From Candidatus Latescibacterota bacterium (GTDB taxonomy: Bacteria; Krumholzibacteriota; Krumholzibacteriia; WVZY01; JAKEHA01): a DNA stretch of 64,000 nt. The DNA is taken from positions 2,048,001 to 2,112,000 of the forward strand of contig OY970173.1 of assembly GCA_963707635.1 (NCBI GenBank), read 5' to 3'. Positions 47,551 to 58,127 of the stretch are shown here, piece by piece. The number at the start of each line of letters is the position of its first letter. Within the stretch, counting starts at the first letter, position 1. Below the pieces are notes generated by a model. The model saw only the letters and a list, made by a program, of their open reading frames with translations, ran no database searches and was not told where the DNA came from. The translations under genes were made by a program, and so were the position numbers.

Positions 47551-49320
47551 ATGTACGGTGCTGCATTCGCCTTGGCGATCGCCCTCGGGGGTTACGATCG
47601 CGCAGGTTTCTCCACCGAGTTCGACCGGTCCGGAGGGACGCGAACCTCCAGCTACGCCCAGACCGTCGACGTGCTCGCGGAGCTGGACCGCGCATCGAAA
47701 TGGATCAAGGTGGAGACGTTTGGAACCAGCGGCGAGGGGCGCGCGCTGCCGCTGGCGATCGTGGATCACCGGGGCCACTTCACGCCGGAAGTCGTCCGGC
47801 GTGACGGCAATGCGGTGGTGCTGATTCAGGCCGGGATCCACGCCGGTGAAATCGACGGCAAGGACGCCGGCCTGCGGCTCCTCAAGGAAATCGCTGTCGA
47901 CGGCTCGCTGGCCCACCTGCTCGACCACGTGACACTGCTCTTCATTCCCATCCTGAACGTCGACGGCCATGAGAATACGAGTCCGTTCAATCGCGCCAAC
48001 CAGGCGGGTCCGGAGAACCCCGGGTTTCGGGCCAACGCGACCAACCTGAACCTCAACCGTGATTACATGAAACTGGATGCGCCGGAAACGCGCGCGTGGC
48101 TCGCCCTCTTCAACCAGTGGCGCCCCGACCTCTTCATCGATTGCCACGTCACCGACGGAGCCGACTACCAGTACGTGATGACGTATATCGTCGAGGTGTG
48201 GCAGTACACCGATCCCGGGGTCGCGGCGTGGTCTCGCGACCGGCTACTCAAGCCGCTCCAGGACCGGATGCGCAAGAGCGGATATCCCCTCTCCCCGTAC
48301 TGCGAGTTTCGGGTGGACAACGACCCGACCAGCGGGATAAAGAGCCACGCGTCGACCCCGCGCTTCTCGACCGGCTACGCCACCATCCGCAACCGTCCCG
48401 CGCTGTTGCTCGAAGCCCACATGTTCAAGGACTACGCGACGCGGGTGGACGCCACCCACTCGATGCTGGTGCACGCGCTCGGAGTCGCCAACGCCGATGC
48501 GCGCGGGCTGCGGGCCGTCGTCGCGCAGGCGGACGCGCGCACCGCGTCGCCCGCCTTTCGCGGCACCCCGTTCCCGCTCGTGCTCGACGTGACCTACGCC
48601 GACAGCGTGATGATCGATTTCGCAGGGGTCGACTTCGAAAAGGTGAAGAGCGACATCACCGGCGGGGTGTGGTATCGCTTCGGCGCCAGCTCGACCACGT
48701 TTCGAATCCCGTACTTCAATTCCCAGCAGGTGGTAAAGGAAGCCGCGCTCCCCGAGGCCTACATCATCCCCCGCCAGTGGGCCGATGTGATCACGCGCCT
48801 GGAATGGCACGGGGTGCGCGTGTGCCGGACCGGGGCGGCGGTAACGCTCCCGGTGGAGTCGATCCGCCTGCGCGACGTCGCCTGGAGTGCCAAGCCGTTC
48901 GAAGGGCGCCACGCCGTGACCTACACGGGCGAGCGGTTCGAAGAGACGCGCACGTTCCCCGCCGGGTCCGCGGTCGTCGACATGGCCCAGGCGAACGCGC
49001 GAGTGATCGCCCACCTGCTCGAACCGGACGCGCCCGACGCGTTCGTGCAGTGGGGGTTCTTCGACGCGATCTTCGAGGAGAAGGAATATATCGAGTCGTA
49101 CGTGCTGGAGGCGAAGATCCGCGAAATGCTCGCCTCCGACCTCGCGCTTGCCACCGCGTTCGAGGAGGCGAAGCTCGACAGCAGTTTCGCCGGAGATCCG
49201 GAGCGCATTCGCCGTTGGTTCTACGAGCGCAGTCCGTACGTCGAGCATCGCACCGGAGTGTATCCGGTCGGGCTGATCCGCGACCGCGCCGTGGTCGAGG
49301 CGCTCTGCCCCGCGCGCTAG
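47551..49320 (+). CDS. M14 family zinc carboxypeptidase, secreted
   Basis: AGIHAGE, NVDGHE, NLNRD, IDCH; hydrophobic N-terminus. ATG 6 nt after TATAAT. Confidence 0.88.
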   Translation: MYGAAFALAIALGGYDRAGFSTEFDRSGGTRTSSYAQTVDVLAELDRASKWIKVETFGTSGEGRALPLAIVDHRGHFTPEVVRRDGNAVVLIQAGIHAGEIDGKDAGLRLLKEIAVDGSLAHLLDHVTLLFIPILNVDGHENTSPFNRANQAGPENPGFRANATNLNLNRDYMKLDAPETRAWLALFNQWRPDLFIDCHVTDGADYQYVMTYIVEVWQYTDPGVAAWSRDRLLKPLQDRMRKSGYPLSPYCEFRVDNDPTSGIKSHASTPRFSTGYATIRNRPALLLEAHMFKDYATRVDATHSMLVHALGVANADARGLRAVVAQADARTASPAFRGTPFPLVLDVTYADSVMIDFAGVDFEKVKSDITGGVWYRFGASSTTFRIPYFNSQQVVKEAALPEAYIIPRQWADVITRLEWHGVRVCRTGAAVTLPVESIRLRDVAWSAKPFEGRHAVTYTGERFEETRTFPAGSAVVDMAQANARVIAHLLEPDAPDAFVQWGFFDAIFEEKEYIESYVLEAKIREMLASDLALATAFEEAKLDSSFAGDPERIRRWFYERSPYVEHRTGVYPVGLIRDRAVVEALCPAR

Positions 49321-50996
49321 TCCCGCGCTTCCCAGACGATCGCGCCGCGCACCACCGTGAAGGCCGCGTGCGCCTGCAAGAGTACTCGCGGTTCATGTTG
49401 CACCCGTCCGATGACATCGCGATCCAGGATGGTGAGGTCGGCGCGCCTGCCCACGGCAATCGTCCCCGCGTCTCCCTCGTCGAACGAGGCGTACGCGGCC
49501 CCTTCGGTAAAGGCCGCCACGGCCTCCGGGAACGTCAATCGCTCTTCCGGACGCCAGCCGCCGGGCGGGTTGCCATCCGCGTCCTGCCGCGTGACCGCCG
49601 CGTAGAGACCGAGCAGAGGGTCGACCGCTTCGATCGGGAAGTCGGAACCGAACGCGACCACCGCCCCGCTGTCGAGGAGGGTGCGCCAGACGTAGGCGCC
49701 GCGGAGTCGTTCCACGCCGATCCGCGCCTGCGCCCACGGCATGTCGGAGGTCGCGTGAGTGGGTTGCATGGAGGCGACCACGCCCAGCGACTTGAACCGG
49801 GGAATGTCGTCGAGAGCGAGAATCTGGCAGTGCTCGATCCGCAAACGCGCGTCACGCGCGCCGGTCTCCCGCAGCACCTGTTCATAGATATCGAGGGTCA
49901 AGCGATTGCCGCGATCGCCGATGGCGTGGGTGCCCACCTGGAACCCGTGCCGCACCGCTTCCCGCGTCCAGTACAGGATCGAGTCGGGCGGATCCACGTT
50001 GGTGCCCCGGTTGCCGGGGTCGTCGGTGTACGGCTCGAGCAATGCAGCCCCGCGTGAGCCCAGCGCCCCGTCGGCGCGCAGCTTGATTGCGCGCACTACG
50101 ATGCGGCCGTCGAACTCCCGCGCGGGGCCGGCCGCGAGCTGCTCCCGCAGCAGGGGCGGTTCGTCCGAGTCGAGCAGGCAGTACACGTTGAGCGTCAATT
50201 CGCCCCGCGCGGCCACCCGGCGCAGGGCGCGAAGCACGGCGCGGCTGGTGCCGGCGTCGTGCACGCCGACCAGCCCGACGCGATTGCATTCGCGAATCGC
50301 CAGCTCGATCCGGGCTTCGACCTCGTTCGCGTCCGGTCGCGGAACGCGCGCGGTTACGAGATCTGCTGCGTCGTCGACCAGAATTCCTGTCGGCTCGCCG
50401 CGCGCGTCGTGGAGAATCCGCCCGCCCGGTGGGTCCGGGGTGTCGCGGGTGATGCCGCACGCGTCCAGCGCGGTGCGATTGACCCACAGTGCGTGGCCGT
50501 CGATGCGCTCGAGGTAAACCGGATTGCGCTCCGTGCCCGCCAGGTCCCGCCAGGTGGGAAACGCGGTATCGGCCCAGTCGTTCTGATCCCAGCCCCGGCC
50601 GTAGATCCACACCCCCTTTTCCACCGGCTTCTGCGCGGACACGACCAGAGCGACCGCTTCCTGCGCCGATTCCGTTCCGACCAGCGAGACCGTGCGCAGA
50701 AATTCCCCGAGGTTGGCGAGGTGCGCGTGCGCGTCGACCAGGCCGGGCAGCACCGTCTTGCCGGCGAGGTCCACCCAGCGCGTCTGCTCGCCTCGAAGCG
50801 GTGCCGCACCGTCGGCGTCCCCGACGTAGACGATCCGGTCGCCGCGGATGGCCACCGTGGTCGCCGGAGGCGTCCGTTCGGCAGTCGTGGAATAGACCTG
50901 GCCATTGGCGAATACGAGCGTGGCCTTCTCCTGCGCCCGCGCCGGCGCGGCAATGAGAAGCGCTGCTGCAACCCAGTGCGAGGAACGTGCGTGCAT
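49317..50996 (-). CDS. Secreted amidohydrolase (YtcJ-like, Amidohydro_3)
   Basis: PGLVDAHAH, DGHALWVN, DGALGSRGA, HAIGDRGN, RIEHCQ, SMQPTH, GSDFP, GRRAD. Confidence 0.92.
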   Translation of the reverse strand: MHARSSHWVAAALLIAAPARAQEKATLVFANGQVYSTTAERTPPATTVAIRGDRIVYVGDADGAAPLRGEQTRWVDLAGKTVLPGLVDAHAHLANLGEFLRTVSLVGTESAQEAVALVVSAQKPVEKGVWIYGRGWDQNDWADTAFPTWRDLAGTERNPVYLERIDGHALWVNRTALDACGITRDTPDPPGGRILHDARGEPTGILVDDAADLVTARVPRPDANEVEARIELAIRECNRVGLVGVHDAGTSRAVLRALRRVAARGELTLNVYCLLDSDEPPLLREQLAAGPAREFDGRIVVRAIKLRADGALGSRGAALLEPYTDDPGNRGTNVDPPDSILYWTREAVRHGFQVGTHAIGDRGNRLTLDIYEQVLRETGARDARLRIEHCQILALDDIPRFKSLGVVASMQPTHATSDMPWAQARIGVERLRGAYVWRTLLDSGAVVAFGSDFPIEAVDPLLGLYAAVTRQDADGNPPGGWRPEERLTFPEAVAAFTEGAAYASFDEGDAGTIAVGRRADLTILDRDVIGRVQHEPRVLLQAHAAFTVVRGAIVWEARD

Positions 50997-51003
50997 CGTG
51001 GTG

Positions 51004-53883
51004 CTACATCGAGGGCCGCTGCTGGAGCCGGTCCCGGGCGGAACGCACGTCGCGCTTCAGCGGCAGGTCCGCGTCGGCGTGTTTCCACATCGACAGGACG
51101 CGGTCGTAACAATCGAGCGCATTGGCGGTCCGACCGCTCGCCTCGTAGGCGCGGCCCAGGTCGTACCAGGCCGTCGCGTACAGCGACGCCAGGCCGACGC
51201 TCAGGAGCGGGCGGTCGAGCACGGGGCGGAGCTGGTCGATCGCGGCGGCGTTCTGTCCGGATTCCACGAGACAATGGCCGACCACCATGCCGATGAGGTC
51301 GGCCGAGTCGGGGCCGCGCAGCGATTCGGCGGTCAGGCGCGCGCGCGCGTCCAGCGCGCCGGCGCAATCGCCGGCCACGGCGAGCGCGAGCACCCGGTGC
51401 AAGTCGCGCGTCGGGGCCGGAATCACGTCACGGTGGGCGTTGGACAGCTGCCGGACGCGGGTCGTGTCACCTTTCATTATTGCGAAACCGATGAGCGTCT
51501 CCCAGTACTCCCGGGTTCGATAACGGGGCGAAAGCTGTTCGAACGTCACCAGCGCCTCGCGCGCCGTCTTCTCATCCCCGAACCCGTAGTAGAGCAGCCG
51601 CGATTTCCCCGCCAGCACCCGGAGGACGAGGGACGAGTCCTCGTAGACGTGCAGGGCGTTCCCCAGGCCCTCGTCGAGGATCCGAACCGCGTCGTGGTAG
51701 CGGCCGAGGTAGGGATACAAGACACCCGCGCGCATCGAGGCCACCTCGACCAGCACGAGCGGCTCGCCGCGGCCCGCCCCCACCTCGGCTTCGTCGAGGA
51801 GACGGAGCGCATGGTCGGGCTCGCCCATCGAAAAGCGCACCGCGGAGAGGCGCATCGCGATCTTGGGGTCGCCGGGGTCGCGTTCCTTGGCCCGCGCGAG
51901 CGACTCCAGCGCCGCCGGCGCATCGCCGAGCAGCAACTGAACCGACGCCTGGTTCTCCAGCGCCTCCGCCGATCCGGTCGTGCCAACCCAGCGCCGCGCC
52001 ATGGCCAGCGCTTCCTCGTATCGGTTCAAGCGCATCAGCGTCCACGTCAAGTGTTGTAGCGCGCGTTCCATCTGCGGGTCGATGACGAGCGCCTCGTTGA
52101 GATGAACAGCCGCGGAATCGAAGTTCGCGGAGTGAAACTCGGCGTCGCCCAGTCCGAAGAGCATCTCCTTGTCGTCCGGATACAGCGCGCGCATCTCGGT
52201 CAGGACCGGCAGCTGGGCCTCGAAGCCGTCGTCGAGCGCGGCTTTCAGCGCGCGCACGAGGAACCGTTCCTTCATCGGGAGGCGGTCCAGATTGTCGACC
52301 GCGTACATGATGTGTTTCCTGGCGTCGTCCGCCCGCCCGCGCGCCCACCACTCCGTGTAGGCGAGCCGGTAGTAGGCGAGCGCGAATGTCGAATCCTTCT
52401 CGATCGCCTGCTGGAAGGACGCGCGCGCGCCGTTGAAGTCGAGACGGTTGAGCATCTCTTCGCCCTCGAAGTAGGCCTGGTAGGCGGCCAGGTCGGGCGT
52501 GGTCACGTCCGCCACCGACGCGGTGCGCGCGACGGCGTCGAGCGCCTCGCGCAGGTCGATGCGGATGTCGCGCGCGATCTCGTCGATCATGTGCGGGATG
52601 CTCTCCTGCCCGCGCCCCTCTTCCTTGGTGGTGAACACGTAGCGGTGCGCGCGCGTGTCGAGCACCTTGAGGTCGATCGTGTACAGGTCGCCGAAGCGAC
52701 GGATGGTGGGAATGACAAGCACGTCTACGCCCGCGGCGTCGCAGATGCGTTGTCCCAGCGATTCATCGATGCGTTCCACGCCTCCCCGGCCGATGGTCTT
52801 CAGCAGGTCGAACATGCGGGAGCGCGTCATGACGGAGAGCCGGCGCGACTGCTCGAGGGCCGTGATCAACATGCCCGAAAGTCCGTCGAGCGAGGCGTCG
52901 TCGGTTTCGTTGTTGAAATCGATCACCGCGATCGGAACGCGCTCCTGCCCTCCCGCCTGCCGCCCGTGGAGGAAGTCGTAGACGACGAAGGCGGCCACCA
53001 GGGTCAGCACCGTCGCCGCCGCCAGCGTCATCGCGCGGGCCCGGCTGGGGGCGTCGCGGCGCCACGCCGCGGCGGGGTTGATGGCTCTCCGCAGCGCCAG
53101 GATCAGTTCGTCGAGGGTCTGGAAGCGCTCGTCCGGATTTTTCTTCAGACAGCGCTCCACGATTTTCAGGACGCGCGACGGCACCGCCGGCCTCAGCTCG
53201 GCGAGCGGCCTTGGCGCCTCGTTCAGAATCGAATAGAGAACCGCTTGCTCGTAATCGCCGCGGAATGGCAGCTGCCCGGCGAGCATCTCGTAGAGGACCA
53301 CCCCGAGCGACCAGATGTCGGTGCGCTGGTCGACGGTCTCGCCCCGCGCCTGTTCCGGAGACATGTACGCGGACGTGCCGCGCGACGAGAAACGGTCGTC
53401 GATGCGGCCGGCTTCCACCGGGCGCGCCAGCCCGAAGTCCATGATCACGGCCTGACCCGACGGGGTGATCATGATATTGGAGCTCTTCATGTCGCGGTGG
53501 ACGATCCCTTTGGTGTGCGCCTGCTTGAGTCCGTCCGCGATCTCGATCAGAAAACGCAGCGCCTCGTCGGTCTCGATGTGACCGGAGAGGACGCGGTCGC
53601 GCAGCGTCGACCCCTCGATGAACTGCATCGCGATGAAGACGCGCCCGTCGATCTCGTTGATCTCGTAGATGGTACAGATGTTGGGATGGGTGAGTCCTGC
53701 CGCCGCGCGGGCTTCGTGCACGAGGCGCTGTTGCTCGTCGGCGCTGGAGACAATGAGCGGGTGGAGGAACTTCAGCGCGACGGTTCGTTGCAGACGGGTG
53801 TCCTCCGCCTTGTAGACGAGGCCCATCCCGCCTTCGCCGAGCTTCTCGGTGATCTGATACTGGTGTACACGCTGCCCGATCAT
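51004..53883 (-). CDS. Hanks-type Ser/Thr kinase with TM, TolB-N-like and TPR regions
   Basis: LGEGGMG, VALK, HRDMKSSN, DFG, YMSPEQ, DIWSLG; TM near aa 285; TPR helices. Confidence 0.93.
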   Translation of the reverse strand: MIGQRVHQYQITEKLGEGGMGLVYKAEDTRLQRTVALKFLHPLIVSSADEQQRLVHEARAAAGLTHPNICTIYEINEIDGRVFIAMQFIEGSTLRDRVLSGHIETDEALRFLIEIADGLKQAHTKGIVHRDMKSSNIMITPSGQAVIMDFGLARPVEAGRIDDRFSSRGTSAYMSPEQARGETVDQRTDIWSLGVVLYEMLAGQLPFRGDYEQAVLYSILNEAPRPLAELRPAVPSRVLKIVERCLKKNPDERFQTLDELILALRRAINPAAAWRRDAPSRARAMTLAAATVLTLVAAFVVYDFLHGRQAGGQERVPIAVIDFNNETDDASLDGLSGMLITALEQSRRLSVMTRSRMFDLLKTIGRGGVERIDESLGQRICDAAGVDVLVIPTIRRFGDLYTIDLKVLDTRAHRYVFTTKEEGRGQESIPHMIDEIARDIRIDLREALDAVARTASVADVTTPDLAAYQAYFEGEEMLNRLDFNGARASFQQAIEKDSTFALAYYRLAYTEWWARGRADDARKHIMYAVDNLDRLPMKERFLVRALKAALDDGFEAQLPVLTEMRALYPDDKEMLFGLGDAEFHSANFDSAAVHLNEALVIDPQMERALQHLTWTLMRLNRYEEALAMARRWVGTTGSAEALENQASVQLLLGDAPAALESLARAKERDPGDPKIAMRLSAVRFSMGEPDHALRLLDEAEVGAGRGEPLVLVEVASMRAGVLYPYLGRYHDAVRILDEGLGNALHVYEDSSLVLRVLAGKSRLLYYGFGDEKTAREALVTFEQLSPRYRTREYWETLIGFAIMKGDTTRVRQLSNAHRDVIPAPTRDLHRVLALAVAGDCAGALDARARLTAESLRGPDSADLIGMVVGHCLVESGQNAAAIDQLRPVLDRPLLSVGLASLYATAWYDLGRAYEASGRTANALDCYDRVLSMWKHADADLPLKRDVRSARDRLQQRPSM

Positions 53884-53969
53884 AATCCGCTTCTATTCCG
53901 GGGGCTCACGCCATGCCGTAGGGTGTACTACTGCATACGCCGCGGCCGACGTTGGGTTGCACGGGTGGG

Positions 53970-55304
53970 TCAGGAGACCCGCTTCAGCACGATGATCGTG
54001 AGGTCGTCGATGCGCTCCGCGCCCTGTTCGTGCTTGAGGACCGCCTCGATGACCTTCTGCATGAGGTCGCCCGCCCCCGCGGAAGCGTTCGCTTCCACCG
54101 TGCGCATCAGACGCTCCTCGCCGAAGGGGCTTTCGAACTCGTTGACGGCGTCGGGGATCCCGTCCGAATAGATGACGAGCGTGTCACCGGGGTCGAGGGT
54201 GGCGGAGCCCTCCTGGTACGGAAAATCGTCGAGGACGCCGAGCGCCATGCCCCCGGTGGCAAGCCGCGCCGGCGGAGCCCCGGTCTTGAAGACCATCGGG
54301 TGCTCGTGGCCGGCGTTGCAGAACGACAACGTGTGCCGCTGCGCGTCGAGCACCGCCATGAACAGAGTCGCGAACTTCTCCGGATCGGTGCTCTCGTAGA
54401 GGAGGCGGTTCGAACGAACGATGGTCGCCCCCACGGGCGTGTCCAGCGCGGTCTGGCCGCGGAGCGTGGCCTGGAGGTTCGCCATCAGGAGCGACGCCGG
54501 CAATCCCTTTCCCGATACGTCGCCCAGACAGATGGCCCAGCGGGGGCCGTTGATGTGGATGAAGTCGTAGTAGTCCCCGCCGACCATTTGCGCCGCGATG
54601 CTGCACGCCGCGATGTCATATCCCGGCAGCGTGGGCGGCGCCTTCGGCAGCAGGTCCTGTTGAATCTGGGCCGCCAGCTTGACCTGCTCCTTCATCCCCA
54701 CCAGCGCTTTTTCCTCCTCGTAGAGGCGCGCGTTCTCGATGATCTGCGCGGACTGCCCGGCGATGATGGCGAGCAGGCGCTGGTCTTCGTCGGTGAACCC
54801 GACTTCGTCCTTCTTGTTGTAGCTGGTGACGACGCCGATCAACTCCGACTTCACCATCAGCGGGACGCAGAGAATAGAGTGGATGCTCTGGTCCCACTTG
54901 AGCCCGCGGAAGCGATCGTCGTTGGTAGGGTCGTTGGTGAGCAGCGGCTTCTTGTAGAGGTGCATCCACCCGAGCAGGTTCTCGTTCACGTGGTAGTGCG
55001 TATGTTCGGAGGAGCTGGTCATGGCACGGACCAGCGTCTTCATCGGCTGGTCGGCGTTGCGATCGACCAGCGTCACGACCGTCTGCTCGGCCAGCACCGC
55101 CCGCATCGAACGGTCCACGATCTTGCGGATGATATCCTGGGAATCGACCGACGCGCCGATCGCGCGGGCCAGGTCGTTCAGGATGGACAACTCCTCGACC
55201 GCCCGCTTGAGCTGCCGGTTTTCCTCCCGGAGCAGGTCGGCATCGTCGCCGGCCTCCTCCTCGCCGGCGCGGCCGAACGGCAGCCGAAAACCCTTTTTGG
55301 TCAT
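53970..55304 (-). CDS. GAF + PP2C/SpoIIE (RsbU-like) phosphatase
   Basis: GAF; AQIQQDLLP, VGGDYYD, GDVSGKG, NAGH, YSDGI, DDLT. ATG at 55304. Confidence 0.92.
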   Translation of the reverse strand: MTKKGFRLPFGRAGEEEAGDDADLLREENRQLKRAVEELSILNDLARAIGASVDSQDIIRKIVDRSMRAVLAEQTVVTLVDRNADQPMKTLVRAMTSSSEHTHYHVNENLLGWMHLYKKPLLTNDPTNDDRFRGLKWDQSIHSILCVPLMVKSELIGVVTSYNKKDEVGFTDEDQRLLAIIAGQSAQIIENARLYEEEKALVGMKEQVKLAAQIQQDLLPKAPPTLPGYDIAACSIAAQMVGGDYYDFIHINGPRWAICLGDVSGKGLPASLLMANLQATLRGQTALDTPVGATIVRSNRLLYESTDPEKFATLFMAVLDAQRHTLSFCNAGHEHPMVFKTGAPPARLATGGMALGVLDDFPYQEGSATLDPGDTLVIYSDGIPDAVNEFESPFGEERLMRTVEANASAGAGDLMQKVIEAVLKHEQGAERIDDLTIIVLKRVS

Positions 55305-55439
55305 GGGGGCCTCTCTGCTAGAGTCAGCGGACCGAACCGCGTAACGGTCCACGAACTTGCCCAGTATCCGACGGCGGCAGGGCGAATGCAACACGGTTTC
55401 GTCAACGGCGCGCGCAGCACGCGCGTGGAGTCTTGACCG

Positions 55440-55883
55440 GTGAGAATCGCCACCACGCGCCTGGAAATCGTTACCGACGTCGGGGTTTCGCTGGCGGACA
55501 TCACCAGCGACGTCAACGCGTTCATTGCCGCAAGGGGCGTCGCCCGCGGGCTGTGCATCGTGACGGTCGGGCCGGAGGATTCCGGCCTCTCGCTGGCTGC
55601 CAGCCTCGACGACGACGTGGAGGATCTGCTCCGTCTCGGGCGGCGCCACCTCCCGGCGGCAGCCGAAACGGGCTCCCGGCCCGCGCGAGCAGTCACCCGG
55701 GCGGTGGTGGATCGGGCGGACGTCGAAGAGCCGGGCTACAGTCCGGCAGGGATCATGGCGTACTGTCTTTCGCTTGCGATCCGTCAGGGAGGTCTCCACC
55801 TGGGCAACTGGGACGCCGTGGTGCTGATCGACGCCGCCGGGCCGAGGCGGCTTCCGGTGGACATCATTCTGATGGGATCCTGA
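55440..55883 (+). CDS. Divergent YjbQ/UPF0047-like protein
   Basis: DITSDV...GLCIV...LHLGNWDAVVLIDAAGPR matches the YjbQ layout, but the His motifs are missing. Confidence 0.65.
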   Translation: MRIATTRLEIVTDVGVSLADITSDVNAFIAARGVARGLCIVTVGPEDSGLSLAASLDDDVEDLLRLGRRHLPAAAETGSRPARAVTRAVVDRADVEEPGYSPAGIMAYCLSLAIRQGGLHLGNWDAVVLIDAAGPRRLPVDIILMGS

Positions 55884-56028
55884 CTTCTGAAGCTGCTTGA
55901 ATTAGCATGCCTATCTCATTTAAAATAAGACAGGTTACCGTTTCGCTCCCAGGGCGGTTCCCGCCCGGCGCGTGGTCGCGGGATCTCGCTCTCTGCGCCC
56001 GAGTTCCATCTGCGAAGTGTTGACGCCC

Positions 56029-58111
56029 GTGTCGTTGCTTGAACGCCCCAGGGTCCATGGCGCACTCGCGCCGGCCGTGATCATTGTCCTCGCCGGGATC
56101 GCCCTGGCCAGTCCGCCAGCGTCCGCTCCGCTGGCCACCCTCGTCCGGTTGTCCTCCTGGATGCTGGTCATGGTGATTCCCGGGATCGCTGTCCACCGTC
56201 TGGTCACGCGCCGCCCGGGTGGTCTGGGTGAGGCGGTGCTGGCGGGCTTCATCGTCTCCCCGGTTGTGCTCGCGGTGTTCGGCGTGCTGGCGCTCACGCT
56301 GGGTGCCTCCCCCGCTGCCGCCGCGCACGCGTGCGTCGTGCTCGCGGCCGGGGTCGCACTCGCCGCCACCGCGGTGCAACGGGTCCCCTTCACGCGCCCC
56401 CCCCGCCGGGAGACGCTGGTGTTCGTCGCGTTCGTCGCCGCACTGGTTCTTCTCACCGCCTTCCTTCCATTTACACGGGAATGGTGGCGGGTGCGCTCCG
56501 ACGCGTGGTTCCACGCCGCCGTGGTCGCGCAGATCGAGCACACCGGCGTGCCGCCCGAAGATCCCTACTTCGCCGGCGTTCAGCTCCAGTACATGTGGTT
56601 TTACCACGTGCTCGTCCTCCTGCTGGCGCGCACCCTCGATCTCGACTCCTTCTGGTGCATGGCGATGGTGAACGTCCACGCCCTGGTGGGACTCTCGCTG
56701 GCGGTTTTCTGCCTCGCCGGCGTGTTTCGCGACCGCTTCGCGGATCGTCTGGCGGCGACGGCGACGGTGCTGCTCGCTTTCAATGCCGCGTTCTGGGTGT
56801 TCTTTCCGGTCAAGGCGCTCAAGGCATTCATCGGCGACGTTCGCGGCAGCCGAGGAAATCGCGCGCACCTTTGCGCTTACGCCGCTCCACTACCAGACTG
56901 CCTTTCGTTTTCTCGAGACGTACTACAACCCCGTGTTCTTCCTGGACAAGTTCATGGTGGGGACGGCATTCGGACTCGCGCTCGCATGGATGACCGCCGC
57001 GTGGGCATCGGCGTGCCGCTACACGGCAACGCGTCGGCCCGAAGCTCTCTGCGTGTTCGCGGCCGCGTTGGTCGGAATGCTCGGGTTTCATAGCGTGGTC
57101 GGCGTCGTGACCATCGTCGGCATCTGGGGAGGTCTGGCGCTGACGCACCTGCGCCGCGCGCACGTGGCCGGTTACCAACCACGCTCCGCGACCGTGCTGC
57201 TCGTGGTCTCGGCGGCGGCGCTCGTCGTGATGGCGCCCTACCTGCACCAGGTGACGCACCTGCGGGACACGCGCGGCGCGTGGCCAGTCGGCTTCGGGTT
57301 CCGGAAACTCGCGGCCATGGTGGTTCCCTGTGCGTTTGTGTTCGTGGTTGCCTGGCGGGAGACGCGCATGCGCCGGGACACCGGCTGGCCGGCCCGCTTC
57401 TTCGTGTTTGGCAGCCTCGCGGCTGCTTTGTTCGCGCTAGTGCTCCGGCTTCCCGGGCCCAACGACAATCACAAGCCCGGCTTCTTCGCGTTCGTCCCGC
57501 TCGCCGTCGTCGCGGGGTTCGGGCTGGTGGAGTCGGTCACCGCCCGGACGGGGGTTCGCCGTGTGGTGACCGCGCTGGCGTGGTCACTGCTGTTTTTCGT
57601 CCCCGTCAACGCAATCGCGCTGATCCATTATTACGGGACGCCCGTGAGCGCAACCGTCACGAAGGACGAGGAAGCCATGGCACGCTGGGTGCGCGCCAAC
57701 ACGTCGCGCGACGCCGTCTTCGTCGACGACGAGGACCGCGTGTTCCTCCTGGTGACGGGGCCGCGCCGCTATCTATTCGGCTCGTGGGACTACGCGCAAC
57801 AATGGAGCTACTCGAGGGCGGAGATGGCCCGCCGGTTCCACGCGTGCCGCGCGCTGTACGGGGCCCGGCCCTTCGACGCGACCACGCTCGACGTGCTCGC
57901 GAGCGTCGACGCGCCCCTGTTCGTCGTGGTGCGCGGGCGGCATCGGTTCGCGGGTGCGGCCGTCACGGCCCACCCCGAGTTGTTTGCGACCGTGCACACG
58001 GAGGGCGACCTGTCGCTCGTGCGGGTGGACGCCGACGCCTGCCGGCGGGCGATCGACGCCGCTCCCGCCGCCATCGCGGCCGAGGATCTGATTCGCGAAT
58101 CCGGACTGTGA
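56029..58111 (+). CDS. Polytopic membrane protein (GT-C-like), apparent frameshift near 56848; start uncertain
   Basis: SDAWFH...GVPPEDPYFAG...YMWFYH in ORF 55972-57093. Hydrophobic run continues in 56783-58111, ending WVRANTSRDAVF. Confidence 0.7.
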
Positions 58112-58127
58112 CTTCGTTGGGAGCGAT

